Assembly (NCBI RefSeq): GCF_036365525.1
Contig: NC_090383.1
Span: 111,788,531-111,852,530 of the forward strand
Length of the DNA: 64,000 bases
Direction of reading: 5' to 3'
DNA from: Heterodontus francisci
Lineage: Eukaryota
Numbering within the stretch: position 1 is the first letter of the stretch; the number at the start of each line of letters is the position of its first letter. The position numbers and the translations under genes were made by a program. Positions 48,235 to 60,386 of the stretch are shown here, in pieces. The notes under the pieces are model-generated. The model was not told the origin of the DNA and did not search any database. It saw only the letters and a program-made list of their open reading frames with translations.

Positions 48235-49190
48235 TCATAGAAAGTTTACAGTACGGAAAGAGGCCACTTTGCCCATCGTGTCTGTGCCAGCCAAAAAACG
48301 AGCCACCTATTCTAATCCCAACTTCCAGCATTTGGTCCGTAGCCCCGCAGGTTACGATATTTCAGGTGCATATCCAGACACCTTTCAAATGAGTTTTAGG
48401 GTTCCTACCTCAATTACCCTTTCACGCAGTGAGTTCCAGACCTCTCACCACCCTCTGGGTGAAAAAATCTTTCCTCATCTCCCCTCTAATCCTTCGACCA
48501 ATCACTTTAAATCTAAGCCTCCGAGTCACTGACCTCTCTGTTATTGTAAATAGGCCCTTCACCTCCATTTTATCCAGGCCCCTCACTATTTTGTACATTT
48601 CAATAAGATCTCTCTTCAGCCTTCTCTGTTCCAAGGAGAACAACCTCAGCTTATCCAATCATTCCTCATAGCTGCATTTTTCCAGCACTGGCAACATCCT
48701 TGTAAATCTCCTCTGTACCCTCCCTAGTGCAATTACATCCTTTCTGTAATGAGGTGACCAGAACTGCACGCAGTACTCAAGTTGTGGCCTAACCAATGAT
48801 TTATACAGTTCCCGTATAACCTCCCTGCTTTTATATTATATACCTTGTCTAATAAAGGAAAGGATTCCATATCAAAAACAAGAAATGCTGGATTCACTCA
48901 GCAGGTCTGGCAGCATCTGTGGAAAGAGAAGCAGAGTTAACGTTTCGGGTCACTGACCCGAAACGTTAACTCTGCTTCTCTTTCCACAGATGCTGCCAGA
49001 CCTGCTGAGTGAATCCAGCATTTCTTGTTTTTGTTTCAGATTTCCAGCATCCGCAGTATTTTGCTTTTATTATAAAGGATTCCATATGCCTTCTTAACCA
49101 CCTTATTGACCTGTCCTACTACCTTCAGGGATCTGTGGACATTCACTCCGAGGTCCCTCACTTCCTCTACACCTCTAGGTATTCTCCCAT
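48235..49190 (-). mobile_element. CR1 3' fragment containing the Penelope palindrome
   Basis: LFSLEQRRLKRDLIEMYKI and FFTQRVV motifs. Confidence 0.88.
48873..49073. mobile_element. Palindromic Penelope terminal-repeat insert nested in a CR1 fragment
   Basis: 80-bp perfect arms 48873-48952 / 48954-49033. 14-bp TSD AAAGGATTCCATAT at 48859-48872 and 49074-49087. Confidence 0.92.
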
Positions 49191-49776
49191 AAATCTCTAC
49201 CAAACACCATGTGAGAGCACCATGATCACAGGAACGGCAGAGTTTGGCCCATCATCACCCACTCAGGTCAACGAAGAATAGATGAAGTCGGCTGAAGATC
49301 CCAAAAACAAATGGAAAAAAAGAAATGAACACATGACTTTCAATGGTTCCAAAAAAAGTAGAGAGAACGAATAATCTACATCTTGGGTTCATACCAACAG
49401 ACCTGAAAGATGAAGGCATTTTCATTAATAACTTTCAAAAGGGAATGGGATAAATATTGAGGAGAAAATAAATGCAGGGCTAAGGGGAAAGTGTTGGGAA
49501 ACGGGACTAACTAGATAACTGCAGCACAGGCAATGATGGGCTAAATAACCTCCTTCTGTGCTACACGATTGCCATAATAGAAACAGGCATACTAATAGGA
49601 TCAGAAATAAAGGGAATAGATTTTTAAAAAATGCTCATGTGACTAGCAAAGGAAATACAATGCTGGAGACAATGGCATGAAATTTAGGACAGCCAACAAA
49701 GTACTTTCGTTTGGAAGCGGAGTTAGTGTTGTGAAATACAGATTAAGTAGAGATGATGTGGGAATGCTACACTTAC

Positions 49777-49869
49777 ACATATGGTTATCTTGATAATGCC
49801 GCAATTGTAGTCCCTGTGCAGCTCCTGAACCTCTTCATTGCATTCAATACACCTAAACAACGCCGCCAT
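49777..49869 (-). CDS. ARV1: ARV1 (ER lipid/sterol homeostasis protein), coding exon 1
   Basis: MAALFRCIECNEEVQELHRDYNCGIIKITIC: the Zn-binding CxxC of the Arv1 homology domain. Donor GTAAGT, phase 0. Confidence 0.95.
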
Positions 49870-50156
49870 TCTAGCAAACAGCCATTAACTTTCAAAACGC
49901 CAAGCGCGAGGCCAGACCCAACCGACCCTCCACCCCAGCTCCTTGTCGTTGCCTGGTTACCAGCTCGCGGCGCTGGGGATGGCAGGATGTTGGCTGATGC
50001 GGGTGCCACGCAATGCCTCACGGGAGATGTAGTCCCCCCATTGATGACGCAACGTCGCTTTCGATGGCCGTTCCCGCCCAGAAGAACTACGGCTCCCAGA
50101 ACACACTGCGGTCGCCTCGCCACTTCCCCGTATGCCCCCGGAGAAGTAGCGCAAAG
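49870..50156. promoter_or_regulatory. Bidirectional CpG promoter shared by ARV1 and TTC13
   Basis: Only 287 bp separate the divergent ATGs. ACTAC-nnn-TCCC + ZNF143-like motifs at ~50009-50035 (-) and ~50084-50110 (+), TGACGCAA at ~50045, and YY1-like GCCAT motifs overlapping both start codons. Confidence 0.85.
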
Positions 50157-50343
50157 ATGGCAGCTGCCAGTCAGCGAGCCGCGGCGCCATTAGTCGCTCA
50201 ACTTTTATTGTTTTCTGTGTACGGCTCGACCTGCACCGAGTACATTTCTTCTCTCTTGTCGTTTAATAGCAACGGCCACCTGCAGAAGCAAGGCTGCGTC
50301 ACCCGGTCTGAATTCGGGAACTCGGAAGACTTCGTGGAGTGCG
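50157..50343 (+). CDS. TTC13: TTC13 coding exon 1 (signal peptide-like N-terminus)
   Basis: MAAASQRAAAPLVAQLLLFSVYGSTCTEYISSLLSFNSNGHLQKQGCVTRSEFGNSEDFVEC(E). Donor G|GTGAGA, phase 1, joins exon 2 in frame. Confidence 0.88.
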
Positions 50344-51589
50344 GTGAGAGCTTGGACTTTATTTTTTGCCACGTCCTTTTTCTTGCCCAGTATAATTTCT
50401 TTCTTACTTCCGCATCCGCGGTCAGGACAGATAGGTGCTAAGTCATTGTGGTGATTAGGTCTTTGTCGGATTACATTTATGGATTTCTTTTAAATATATG
50501 TTTGTGGAACATTCCGAATACTCCGAAGTTTCTAAAAACAGTGATAATTATAGAAGTAACTTGGATTGCTCTTGTGTACAATAACAAACGGTTGAGTTTT
50601 AAAGACTTCAAAAATTATCTGATATTCTTGGTGAATTATTTATTCCCTCATCCCTTACAACTGTAACAGCTTGAACCTTTAGTGTAATAAACATGTCAAG
50701 GTCTTTCACCAAGGAGGAATGCGTAGCTAGCAGTTATAGGAAAAATACGGGAGGCTTATAGTGTGGCCAGCGATGGGCTTTTTAAAAATCAATATGTCAG
50801 ATGGAACTGTCAGAAAAGTGATTTATGACCACAAGGCTGAATTGGAATCCTCAGTAGTAAATAGAAACAAACACTTTTTTTGGCAATACACTGTATTGGT
50901 TCGTACGATATTGAAGTATGAACAACGGTTGTGTTGATCCTGAACACTTTGACTTAGAATGCATACATTTTGAATACTAGGAGGGATACTTACACTTTGT
51001 TGTAAATGGTAAATGTGTCTCCAGTGTCTTATTAGAAGATAAATGACACTATTAGTGTACTATGAACTTAACTGTTTGTAAACATTGTCGTCAGACATGT
51101 GGGAGGAACAGCAGCTGTTTGCCCATTTTGTTTCCCTCCTCCACAGTGAAGGATTGAACGTGATTGACATGTCAGTCACCTGTCTGGTGTCTATATTAAA
51201 GAGGCGCCAAATTTATGGAAAATTTGTCATATGTTTATGCACAACGATTAAATACTAATGTTGAAATACATCACTTTCAAATGACAGCATTGTTCGGAAA
51301 GTGATACAACAACTTATATTTATGCATGACTTCTCTAGTACTTCCGTCTTTCCAAAATAATTTCCAAAATCAGCTCTTGCTGACTGTCATGGAATATTGT
51401 TTTCTTGCCAATTTTCTCAGGAGTGCAGTTTCACTCTGATGTTTATTTTTCTGTGTGAGCCTTGACTGTGAATGTTGGTAGGTCAGCTGTACAAGATCAC
51501 AAGACAACCATGAGGGATTCCAGGCTATTTTCCCTTCTTTAATCCAAGCAGCTGAGGCAAATGGGAGTTTCTGCCTTGTTGCTCTGATT

Positions 51590-53930
51590 CATAGAAAAAC
51601 ATAGAAAGTTTAAGACACAGAAAGAGGCTATTTGGCCCATTGTGTCTGTGCCGGCCGAAAAACGATCCACCTATTCTAATCCCACCTTCCAGCATTTGGT
51701 CTGTAGCCCTGCAGATTACGGCACTTGAGGTGCATATCCAGACTCCTTTTGAGGGTTTCTGCCTCAACTACCCTTTCATGCAGTGAGTTCCAGACCCCAC
51801 CTTCCTCTGGATAAAAATATTTTTCCTTAACTCCCCTCTAATTTTTCTACCAATCACTTTAAATCTATGCCCCCTCATCAATGACCTCTCAGCTGAGGTA
51901 AATAGGCCCTTCAACTCCACTCTATCCAAGCCCCTCAAACTTTTGTAAATTTCAATCAGCTCTCCCTCAGCCTTCTCTGTTCCAAGGAGAACAACCCCAG
52001 CCTATCCAATCATTCCTCATAGCTGCATTTTTCCAGTCCTGGCAACATCTTCATAAATCTCCTCTGTACCCTCTTTAGTTAAATTACATCCTTTCTGTAA
52101 TGAGGTGACCAGAACTGCACGCAGTATTCAAGTTGTGGCCTAACCAATGATTTATACAGTTCCAGCATAACCTCTTTGCTCTTATTTTCTATACCTTAAC
52201 TAATAAAGGGAAGGATTCCATGTGCCTTCTTAGCCACCTATCGCCCTATCCTGCTACCTTCAAGGTCCCTCACCTCCTCTACATTTCTCTGTATTTTCCC
52301 ATTAATCATGTATTCCTTTTCCTTGTTTGACTTCCCAAATGCATCACCTCACACTTCTCCAGGTTGAATTCCATTTACCACATATCTGTCCAGACCATCA
52401 ATATCTTCCTGCAGCCTACAGCTATCCTCCTCGCTGTCTAGCACACGGCCAATCTTTGGGTCATCTGCAAAGTTCTTGGTCGTGCCCCCTATATTTACGT
52501 CCAAATTGTTAATATATACCACAGAAAGCAGGGGACCCAGTACTGAGCCCTGCGGAATGCCACTGGAAACAGCTCTCCAGTCACAAAACACCCACCAACA
52601 ATTGCCCTTTGTTTCCTGCCACTGAGCCAATTTTGTATCCACCTTGCTGCATTCCCCTGGATCCCATGGAATTTTTTTTAACCAGTCTGCCATGTGGGAC
52701 CTTGTCAAAAGCCTTGCTAAAATCCATTTGGACCACATCAACTGCAGTCCCCTCATCTTTGTGACTACTTCAAAAAAATTGATCAAGTTGGTCAGACAAG
52801 ATCTTCCCTTAACAAATCCATGCTGACTATCCTTGATTAACCTGCGCTTTTCTAAGTGACAGTTTATCCTGTCTCTCAGAATAGATTCCAATAATTTGCC
52901 CCTTACTGAGGTTAGACTGACTGGCCTGTAATTATTCAGTCTATCCCTCGCTCCCTTTTTAAACAGAGGTACAACGTTAGCAGTTCTCCAATCCTCTGGC
53001 ACCACACCTGTACCCAGTGAGGACTGGAAAATGATTATCAGACCTTCCTCTATTTTCTCTCGCTTCTCTTAACAGCCTGGAGTGCATTTTGTCCGGTCCT
53101 GGTGATTTATCAACTTTCAATGATGCTAATCCCATTAATACTTCCTCTCTTCCCTATGTTTATCACAGCCAATACTTCGCATCCCTCTTCCTTAACTACA
53201 ATATCTGCATCGTCCCCCTATTTTGTGAAGACAGATGCAAAGTATTCATTAAGAACAATACCAACATCTTCTGCCCCTACACATAGGTTACCTTTTTGGT
53301 CTTTAATGGGCCCTACTCTCTCCTTAGTCATCCTCTTACTCTTAATGTATTAATAAAAACATCTTTGGGTTCACCTTGATTTTGCTTGCCAATATTCTTT
53401 CATGCCCTTTCTTTGCTTTCCTAATTTCCTTTTTGATTTCACCCCTCCACTTTCTATACTCCTGTAGTATTGAGTTCTTGGTGTCGGACATAAGATTTCC
53501 TTTTCTGCCTTATCTTACCCTGTAAGCTCCTTGACATCCATGGGACTCTAGATTTGGCCGTCTTGCCTTTTTTCTTTGTGGGAACATGTTTACTCTGAAC
53601 CCCTTGACTCTCCCCTTTGAATGCCTCCCACTGCTCTGACACTGATTTACCTTCAAGTAGCTGCTTCCAGTCCAATTTCACTAAATCACTCCTCAGTTTG
53701 GGGCCTTGCCCCAATTGAGAACTCGAACTCCTGTTCTATCTCTGCCCTTTTCCATAATTATATTAAAACTGTCTGAATTATGATCACTACCACCAAAATG
53801 CTCTCCCACTGCCCCACTTTCCACCTGCCCAACTTCATTTCCTAAAACTAAGTCTAAAACTGCGCCCTGTCATGTTGGACTTGCTACATACTGGCCAAAA
53901 GTGTTCTCCTGAATGCACCAAGAATTCTGC
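51590..53930 (-). mobile_element. CR1 LINE fragment in TTC13 intron 1
   Basis: VPEDWRTANVVPLFKKG, QHGFVKGRSCLTNL, PQGSVLGP and FADD motifs. Confidence 0.9.
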
Positions 53931-53979
53931 TCTGATTGGGGATGTCTCCTGGGGCCTTTTGCATCAACACAAAAAGAAA

Positions 53980-54270
53980 GACTTTTATTTATGTTATGCT
54001 TATCTCAATCTCAGGACATCCCAAAGCATTTTAACTTTTGAAGTGTAGCCACTGTTGTAATGTTGGAACTGTGACAGCCGATTTGTACATAGCCAGGCTC
54101 ACAAACAGCAATGTGATAACCAGATAATCTGTTTTAGTGACGTTGATTGAGGGATAAATATTGGCCAGGACTTCTGGGAGAACTCCTCTGCTCTTCAGAT
54201 GATGCCATGGGATCTTTTATGTCTACCCAAGAGGGCAGACGGGACCATGGTTTAATGTCTCTTTGGAAAT
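53980..54270 (-). mobile_element. Deu-domain SINE fragment
   Basis: TTGATTGAGGGATAAATATTGGCCAGGAC..GCCATGGGATCTTTTA, shared with the 9.7-kb copy. Confidence 0.6.
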
Positions 54271-55499
54271 GCAGTTCAGTAGAGTCATAGAGTCATCACA
54301 TGCTGGTTCAGCCTACTGGCGCAGCACAATGGAGATTTTTGAAAAGTTTCTTTTCTCCTTTCTGTAATTTTGATTTCCTTCCTAAATCTAGCTGAAAGGA
54401 GATGTGCAAGAGTAACAAGGCATTACTCTCCATCTATTTTCTCCTATGCAGAAACTCATCCTTGAGTAGGCCCTCCCCACAGCAAACTCAGCTTTATACC
54501 ATATTTCCCAATTTAGCTCTGCACTGTTAGCTTTGTTGCTTAACAATGCCTGGACATAGTGTGCTGATTCTGCTATCCGTCCTAGATCTCTTCCAGTCAT
54601 TCTATTTAGTTCACCATTCATCAGTTTTATTGATTGGGAGAGATAAGAGGTCTCTGTCCAAACTATTTATTCATATAAGTATCTAGAGGTTCCAGAAGAT
54701 ATCAACGTTACCCTGGACACTTTTTTTTTGGACCATGTTGAGAAGAGTTTTACTTCAGTGTCCAGAGTCACAATGTGGATTAGACCTGTGGCATATGTTT
54801 CCAAACAAATATGTACTTGTGATTTAGGACTGTGATAGATGTAATGGAAAGGCTTCCTCCCACTCCTGTCAGGTCCAAATTGTGAGATGGATCTGTGGCA
54901 AAAAGGCAGGAATGGAGGCTCAATCATATATCGACTTATCACTGGGCCCCTGAAGGATGTGTTAACCTGTAATTGTCATTGCCTAATTACCAATTAGTGG
55001 CTAGCTTACTGGGGGCAATAGGTAAGTGGTATCTTTATAGTTGATATGGTTTTCATCTGACTTGCCTGCTGATGGAAGATTGAAACTGAGCTAATCTTCT
55101 GTCGCAGGTTCAGCAACGTCGTAGCTGAGTTTGACTGTACTGCAGTTATCTAGGGTGCAGCTATTTGCCGGCTCAACTATGGATCCTGGTGGGGTAAACT
55201 AGTCACTGAATTCTTCTTGCCTAGGTCACGTAACCCTGCCATCCAGTGATCCAATTGTGCTATTGGCAGGATAAGTAGCAGGAAGCTTACCAATGCTCTG
55301 TAATGGTAAATTGCCTGGTTTTAGTTGGCTAATCCTCAGTAGTACCACTGCACACATTTGGGTATTCTTGAGCTCTGGCTCTTGTTAACTGCACTAAGTT
55401 ATCCAAGTCTGGAGATAGGAGTGTCCTGACAGAAATCAGAATCTACCAGCGTGGATTTCTCAATTTGTTTGGAAGTTCTTCAGTATGGTAATGTTTCAG

Positions 55500-55880
55500 T
55501 GGAGAGGTGGTAATGTCACTGGATTAGTAACCCAGAGCCCAGGCTAATGCTCTGAGGCATGGGTTCAAATCCCACCACAGCAGATGGTGAAATTTGAATT
55601 CAGTCCAATAAATCTGGAATTAAAAGCTCATTTGATGATCATGAAACCATTGTCAATTGTTGTAAAAATCCATCTGGTTCACTAATGTCCTTTAGGGAAG
55701 GAAATCTGCTGTCCTTACCTGGTCTAGCCTACATGTGACTCCAGACCTACAGCAATGTGGTTGACTCTTAAATGCCCTCTGAAATAGCCGAGTGAACCAC
55801 TCAGTTCAAGGGCAGTTATGGATGGGTAATAAGTGCTGGTCCAGCCAGCAATGCCCACATCCCACAACAGAATTAAAAAA
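55500..55880 (+). mobile_element. Same SINE family, near full length
   Basis: Head GGTAATGTCACTGGATTAGTAA..GGGTTCAAATCCC, core and tail all present. Confidence 0.72.
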
Positions 55881-55989
55881 AATTGTCAAGCAGTTCGCTG
55901 TCCAAAAGCAAATTGTATGCCCCTCAATATTTTTTCAATACATAATATCTTCAAACCTGTAGCTTAACATTCTTCAATTCCCTCTTCAG

Positions 55990-56330
55990 GAGTTGAGCAC
56001 AAAATCTTGGCTGACAGTCCCAGTGCAATACTGAGGGAGTGCTGCACTTCCAGAGAAGACGTTAAACCAAAGGCTGCCTCTACCCTCTTAGGTGGAAGTA
56101 GATATCCACAATGCAGTACTTAGAAAAAGAGTAGCCGAGTTCTCCTTGGTGTGCTGGCCAATATTTATCCTGCTACCAATATCGCTAAAACAAATTATCC
56201 GGAGTTGTATCTTGCTGCTGTTTGTGGCACCTTGCTGTGTGCAAATTGGCTGCCGCGTTTCTTGCATTACAACAATTACTACACTTCAAAAGTAGTTAAT
56301 TGGTCAATAAGTGCTTTGGGATGTCCTGTT
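55990..56330 (+). mobile_element. Deu-domain SINE fragment
   Basis: CTGAGGGAGTGCTGCACT..GACGTTAAACC core. Confidence 0.6.
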
Positions 56331-56594
56331 ATAAATAGTGTCTCTGTTTCAACATTAGATCAGCACGCTACCCCGAACAGCATCACAGAATAACTGGTGG
56401 TGCTAAAAGTTTCTTTTTCTCTCTAGCACTTTCATTTGCAATAAAACGTACAGTTTGTTCTTTTAAATTTGCTCCAGATTGATACTCAGAGGATTTTATT
56501 TGTGGACTAACCTATTGAAATATGCAGTATTTTAATAGAGTTTTTCTCTTACAGGTAGTGTTCCACTGGTTCTGACTGCTGATCTATTTCAAGA

Positions 56595-57190
56595 AGTTAA
56601 TAAGGCGTATGGGATCCTGGGCTTTATAAATACAGGCATAGAATACAAAAGGAAGGAAGTTATACTATTTATATAACACTGGTTCAGCCTCAACTACACT
56701 TTAGGAAGGATGTGAAAGCATTGGAGAGGGAGCAGAAAAGCTTTATGAGAATGGTTTTGGGGGTGAGATAACCAGGTAGGAGTACAGATTGGAGAAGCTG
56801 AGGCTGTTGTCCTTAGAGAAGAGAAAGTAGAGAGGAGATTTGATACAGGTGCTCAAAATCATGAGGGGTCTGGACAGCGTAGATAGGGAGAAACTGTTCC
56901 CATTGGTGGAAGGGTCGAGAACCAGAGGACACTGATTTAACTTGTTTGGCAAAAGAACCGGAGGTAACATGAGAAGGAATCCTCTGGAATGCACTGCCTG
57001 AGAGTGTGGTGGAGGCAGATCTAATCATGGCTTTCAAAAGGGAATTGGATAATTATCTAAAGAGGAGAAATTTGCAGGGTTACAGTGAAAAGGCATGCGA
57101 GTGGGATTAGGTGAGTAGTTCTTAAGAGGGAACTGCTATGGGGCATGATGGGCTGAATGGCCTCCTGTGCTGTAACCATTCTATGATTTT
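56595..57190 (+). mobile_element. CR1 3' fragment
   Basis: Degenerate match to the other CR1 3' ends, including the tail GGGCTGAATGGCCTCC. Confidence 0.8.
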
Positions 57191-57397
57191 ATAATAGTGA
57201 CTACACTTTGATAGTTCATTTGCTGTGAAGTCTTTTCACATGTGATGTAATGAGGCAATGTATAAATGCAAGTTTGCCATATCGAAACAAATATATGTAA
57301 ATGTTTGTTTAGTATGTTCATTGCTTTGAATATGTAAAACAGCAGAATAACAATGTGCACTTATCCCGTAGCTATACTTAAAAAAACAATAATAGTT

Positions 57398-57720
57398 TGG
57401 TTAGCACCGCAGCCTCACAGCTCCAGCGACCCGGGTTCAATTCTGGGTACTGCCTGTGTGGAGTTTGCAAGTTCTCCCTGTGTCTGCGTTGGTTTTTGCC
57501 GGGTGCTTCGGTTTCCTCCCACAGCCAAAGACTTGCAGGATGATAGGTAAATTGACCATTATAAATTGCCCCTAGTATAGGTAGGGGAATATAGGGAAGG
57601 TGGGGATGTGGTAGGAATATGGGATTAGTGTAGGATTAGTATAAATGGGTGGTTGATGGTCGGCAGACTCGGTGGGCCGAAGGGCCTGTTTCAGTGCTGT
57701 ATCAATAAATAAATAAAAAA
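57398..57720 (+). mobile_element. HE1-type V-SINE, slightly 5'-truncated
   Basis: Same body and tail as the other copies; (AATA)n end. Confidence 0.88.
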
Positions 57721-57924
57721 TAAATTGCTTCCATCTTATCGCATTAAAACAGCCTGTCTTGCTTCACACAATTCATTACTTTGTGGTGACAGATTTTATG
57801 CAGAACTATTTGACACCCATTATGTCCCAACAACCCCTCACAAGTAGCAATGTGGAATTGGTCGAAAAGGAAAAGCAGATCTCTTCAGGTAGTGCCATGG
57901 GATTTTTAATGTCCACGTGAACAG

Positions 57925-58160
57925 ACAAAGATACAATTTTTTGGTCACATCATTAGAGCAGAAGGTAGACAGACAATTATTGGAAGGAAAGATTGACGGA
58001 AAATGTAGGAGAGGGAAGCAGGGAAGAAAATAGATGAAGGATATAATGGTCTGGATGCAGTTGACCTTTGTGGAATGTGTAAGGGCAGCACAGGACAGAC
58101 AGATATGGAGATCCATGGCAGTCAACCTCTGGGAAGATGACGATTCCAACGAACGAATGG
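57925..58160 (+). mobile_element. Degenerate 3' end of a second RTE (BovB-like) family
   Basis: Remnant translations FFGHIIR, LLEGKIDGK.RRG, AQDRQIWRSMAVNL, followed by a short tandem tail. Confidence 0.6.
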
Positions 58161-58674
58161 TTAGGGCAAAGAGACCGGGCCCTCTTTACTACCTGATAAA
58201 GCTAGTAGTCAGCACTTAACAGTAGTGCTGGTCTGAACCATGAACTCTTGTTGGTTTTGTGAATTCACAGATGCTGTAAAAATTCTATGTTATATCTATA
58301 TGAAGACCTTATCTAACAAGTGTTTCAGATTTGCATAGACACACTGTGTTCCAGTTGCATTTTATCAGACCTGTTTGATCAACAGCAACCGCATCCCAGT
58401 GGTCCTATGCACCTCTGCTTATCTAAGTAACTCATGGAGCAAATATTTAAAACAAAAAGTTTGAAATAAAAAACAGTTAATGTTGAAATTACTCAGTCAG
58501 CCAGCATTTGTAAAAGTAAGACAGGTTATGATGTTTTAATTTGTGTACCCTTCACCAGATTTAAGTCTGAGATTAAGATTGCAAAAATAGAGGAAAAAGA
58601 GGCACAAAGAACCAACAGATATGGGTCAATGTGCTAAGTGACTTAGTGTTCGTTTTTTTTGCTTAATGTTTTAG

Positions 58675-58769
58675 AGTCTTCATTTCTGAATCCTGAAGAC
58701 ATTGACTGTATGCCGAGAGGGGCTCCACCATGTGAACCAGTGCAAACCCTTGATACAGAGAAAATTCTG
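58675..58769 (+). CDS. TTC13: TTC13 exon 2
   Basis: (E)SSFLNPEDIDCMPRGAPPCEPVQTLDTEKIL. 95 nt with AG/GT boundaries. Confidence 0.93.
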
Positions 58770-58926
58770 GTATGCTATCCTGTTTTTTTTAAAAAAGCAC
58801 GGGCGCTCTAAACCCATTTTTCATTGGTAATTATGAATGTACTGTGGTTTTATTGTTTTGAAATAAATGATTAGTTAAATCTTCTGAGGTTAAATTCTGG
58901 TCAGATTTGTAGGGAGTAATATTTCT

Positions 58927-60386
58927 ATTCTACCCTGAGGCACAGTGCAGAGAGATCGACCGTTGACATGCTGTTCTCCCTTCGTCAGATACAGGAGAAA
59001 TGCCGTGAACAACAGATACCCCTCTACATTGCTTTCATTGATCTCACCAAAGCCTTTGACCTCGTCAGCAGACGTGGGCTCTTCAGACTACTAGAAAAGA
59101 TTGGATGCCCACCAAAGCTACTAAGTATCATCACCTCATTCCATGACAATATAAAAGGCACAATTCAACATGGTGGCTCCTCATCAGAGCCCTTTCCTAT
59201 CCTGAGTGGCGTGAAACAGGGCTGTGTTCTCGCACGCACACTTTTTGGGATTTTCTTCTCCCTGCTGCTTTCATATGCGTTCAAGTCCTCTGAAGAAGGA
59301 ATTTTCCTCCACACAAGATCAGGTGGCAGGTTGTTCAACCTTGCCCGTCTAAGAGCGAAGTCCAAAGTATGGAAAGTCCTCATCAGGGAACTCCTCTTTT
59401 CTGACGATGCTGCTTTAACATCTCGCACTGAAGAGTGCCTGCAGAGTCTCATCGACAGGTTTGCGGCTGCCTGCAATGAATTTGGCCTAACCATCAGCCT
59501 CAAGAAAACGAACATCATGGGGCAGGACGTCAGAAATGCTCCATCCATCAATATTGGCGACCACGCTCTGGAAGTGGTTCAAGAGTTCACCTACCTAGGC
59601 TCAACTATCACCAGTAACCTGTCTCTAGATGCAGAAATCAACAAGCGCATGGGAAAGGCTTCCACTGCTATGTCCAGACTGGCCAAGAGAGTGTGGGAAA
59701 ATGGCGCACTGACACGGAACACAAAAGTCCGAGTGTATCAGGCCTGTGTCCTCAGTACCTTGCTCTATGGCAGCGAGGCCTGGACAACGTATGTCAGCCA
59801 AGAGCGATGTCTCAATTCATTCCATCTTCGCTGCCTCCGGAGAATACTTGGCATCAGGTGGCAGGACCGTATCTCCAAAACAGCAGTCCTCGAGGCGGCC
59901 AACATCCCCAGCTTGTACACACTACTGAGTCAGCGGCGCTTGAGATGGCTTGGCCATGTGAGCCGCATGGAAGATGGCAGGATCCCCAAAGACACATTGT
60001 ACAGCGAGCTCGCCACTGGTATCAGACCCACCGGCCGTCCATGTCTCCGCTTTAAAGACGTCTGCAAACGCGACATGAAATCCTGTGACATTGATCACAA
60101 GTCGTGGGAGTCAGTTGCCAGCGTTCGCCAGAGCTGGCGGGCAGCCATAAAGACGGGGCTAAAATGTGGCGAGTCGAAGAGACTTAGTAGTTGGCAGGAA
60201 AAAAGACAGAGGCGCAAGGGGAGAGCCAACTGTGTAACAGCCCCGACAAACAAATTTCTCTGCAGCACCTGTGGAAGAGCCTGTCACTCTAGAATTGGCC
60301 TTTATAGCCACTCCAGGCGCTGCTTCACAAACCACTGACCACCTCCAGGCGCTTATCCATTGTCTCTCGAGATAAGGAGGCCAAAG
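58927..60386 (+). mobile_element. RTE-clade LINE of the same family, 5'-truncated (456-aa ORF), in TTC13 intron 2
   Basis: Nearly identical protein to the 12.6-kb copy, with FSDD at the catalytic motif. TSD AATATTTCT at 58918-58926 / 60387-60395. Confidence 0.95.

Noticed and set aside
49753-50193. Several 77-146-aa ORFs across the ARV1/TTC13 promoter
   Set aside because: GC-rich promoter artefacts overlapping the true first exons in other frames or strands.
56540-56600. Strong acceptor tttttctcttacag in TTC13 intron 1
   Set aside because: No convincing paired donor or TTC13-like coding sequence; exons 1 and 2 already join in frame.
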